A stretch of 64,000 nt of DNA from Phoronis australis (Eukaryota; Animalia; Phoronida). How positions within the stretch are numbered: the first letter of the stretch is position 1; every line of letters begins with the position of its first letter. Made by a program: the position numbers and the translations under genes. This document shows positions 61,469-64,000 of this stretch, one piece after another. The notes under the pieces were generated by a model that made no database searches, had not been told where the DNA came from, and saw only the letters and a list, made by a program, of their open reading frames with translations. The stretch lies in NCBI GenBank assembly GCA_002633005.1, contig NMRA01000307.1:396208-460207 (forward strand), read 5' to 3'.

Positions 61469-64000
61469 TCTCAAGTCTGCAATACATGAGTATTTGTTCA
61501 CAGGTCACTTGAACTGTCAAGTTCAACCCTTGCCAACTAGACACAGGTAAATCAATTTTCCTCTGAGCGAATTATGTTAATTTTAGCCAAGCAGCTAGCA
61601 GTACAAGTCTGAAAATCAAAATATAGCAAATCATGGTGAAAGGAAAATGGTGGAACAGGCAAAATCCAATTTAAGGTCGCCTCCACTATTAATTGTCCTG
61701 TCACAACATAACTTACACCAAAACGTAGAATGCTCGATTGTTCGTAAGTTTTTGTAAATGACACCTACACAAAAATTGCCAATTACCATTCGTGCATCAC
61801 ACTCTTGTCTTTGTAGCAAAGAAAAATTTATTGTCCACTTAAAGGCCCTACAGCAGCAACTTTGCGAAATAAAAATTCACTTAGAAACTCATCACGAGTA
61901 ATAACAAACTGCAACGATGGGATGACTTGTTGCTAAAATCGTCAATTAAGAAAGTCATTGCATCAAAACCAATTCCAAAACAGTAAAATCAATTATGTGA
62001 TCTCGCTGAAAATTGATGTAAATCAGAGGAGGTCACACGAAAATCTTTATATCGTATTGCCAAAAAGTATAAAAAGTCATATATAAAGAGAAGTCATACA
62101 TAAAGAGGGCAAAGCCTCCATCTGATATTGACTTTCATCTCGACTTTCATCCAGTCTCATTCTCAGAACGTCAACTAATGAGTCCTCTGCATGTCGTACC
62201 CGCCAATCATAACAAATAGCCTGGCCAGTAATCAGTGACATCACCCAAAGCTGAACCTCATATCGGATAGGTATTCCCATTAACCAATTCTGAAAACATC
62301 CCACTACTAATTTTTACTTAAAGAGCTTTCCAAATCTTAATATTGTTTATAAAGTGACCTCACTTAAAACAAACTGAGTTTTAAAAGTGACTAAAAACAA
62401 CAAAATAAAGCATTGAAAAGACAGCTGGTTTTGGTCTGTTTTTTTTTGTTTTATAAAATAAGACTTGGAAATGGGATTGTTTAGTTGCTCACATTTTCAA
62501 AAAGAAAACCTACCAGAGACCTCCAAAATTGATACAGGGTTTGTTTTTTGTGTTATTTTTACTCATCACTTGGCAAATCATAGTGTTTCAAACTTTGTTA
62601 ACCCTTTTCTACGTGTTTTTGTGCAGCTATTCAAATATGAGTTGGGGCACTAACTATGTTTTTTTGGAGAATTAGCACAATGCAATTGAACTCCATGGTG
62701 AAACACTGACTAGCTACTAAGACAGGGAAAGGGATTAGCCAAACACTCATGAATCCAATGGCTTCATTCATCCTCTTTAAGAGTACAGCGTTCACTGCAA
62801 ACGCAAAGTAGAAGAAATTTTTGTCTCATCAGAAAAAATACACTTTCAGAAGACATGGACAGCTTTTCTGAAGATAAGCGAGGGGGCCCTGGTTGTGACT
62901 TTCATAGTATGCAACATGGGCAGCGAGGGGGTCCTGGTTGTGACTTTCATATTATGCAGCATGGGCCACATAGGAGCAGGAGTAAGATTACAAATATCAG
63001 ATTATGATCACATTGTTCTATTTCAATATTTGCCAACCCTGCCAACTGAGGGGTATACTCCTGATTTATTGTAATATTTAGCCACCCCCCTTGTCTTAAG
63101 AAAATCCCTAGACTCTAGATTTCTTTAAAAAAGCCTAGCTAAAACACCCCCCCCCCCTTCTAAGAAACAGGACCTTGGACACCTCCAAGTTGATTACGAT
63201 ACTCTCTTGACTTGCAGACACACTTGTCTGTCAGTATATACACAAGAGAAGGAATGACTGGAACCTTTCCATTTTTGACAGTGCATGGTTGATAAGTATG
63301 TATAAATTATTAACGTTTGAACATCCAATACATTACACAGGTCTCCTTTCTATGTAGACATTGCCACCGTCTCAAGAAGTAGTAGAGACGGTGGCCATAC
63401 GCTGGAAGTTTTTTGGCGATTTATGCCCCACACTGATTAAACCACTATAGTAACCTTGCTTTAAGCACCCTAGGATGCTACTGATGTCTCTAATTCTTTC
63501 CAAATCGAACAAATACTTCTGTAATCAAACTTTTTTTCTGAGCAGTCCTTCATTCAGTTGCCCATAATTGGAAACTGGCCATTTTTAAACTGCTCACACT
63601 TTGGGATATGACGGTGTTTGATTACAGGAGTATCGTTTGATTTGGCAGGAAGGAATTCAAGACATCGACGACCTCTTAAGGTGTCCCTCTATGCGTAAAA
63701 GGTATTTATAACAATGTGACTTTGATGGTTTAATCAGTGCGAATCAAAATTCGCCGAAAAGCTTCATGCGTAAGAAGGGCCTATGGGTGGCCACTGTCTA
63801 CTTATACTTTCTATGCATCCTCCTCTCCACGTGGTGGGCAGATGGTAGCCTTGGTACAAAGCTGTATAGTAAACATACAGCTTTGTGCCGCTGTGGGTAA
63901 AAAACTGGCCATATAAAATCTGACACAAAATTAATGTAAACTAAATTATTTAATGATGCCAGAAAAAATGGCATTCTACCATTATTCTGCTGCTAAAGTT

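Overview
AT-rich, intron-containing animal genomic DNA (invertebrate bilaterian; taxon not determinable from sequence alone). I reconstructed four spliced genes by hand, all with GT-AG junctions and consistent exon phases: the 3' part of a ZC3H11A-like gene (+, 524-10926), a complete PIFO/CIMAP3 (pitchfork) gene (-, 12579-15890), a complete GTF2H1/TFIIH p62 gene (+, 21639-40135) and a complete PHRF1 gene (-, 44395-61468). Non-coding regions hold about 15 unrelated minisatellites, several MITEs, tRNA-derived SINEs and a decayed hAT element. Main points for follow-up: (1) a TA-flanked, CCGTA-ended ~1.35-kb DNA transposon family (3 copies) whose only recognisable cargo is a decayed HIRAN-like ORF; (2) a 14x GIMGNQP heptad repeat in PHRF1 resembling the PTB-binding PRI motif; (3) a tandem duplicate of GTF2H1 exon 2, probably an uncollapsed allele; (4) short linear motifs and a candidate structured intronic RNA in ZC3H11A. 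Most short ORFs in the supplied track are spurious or are exon fragments.
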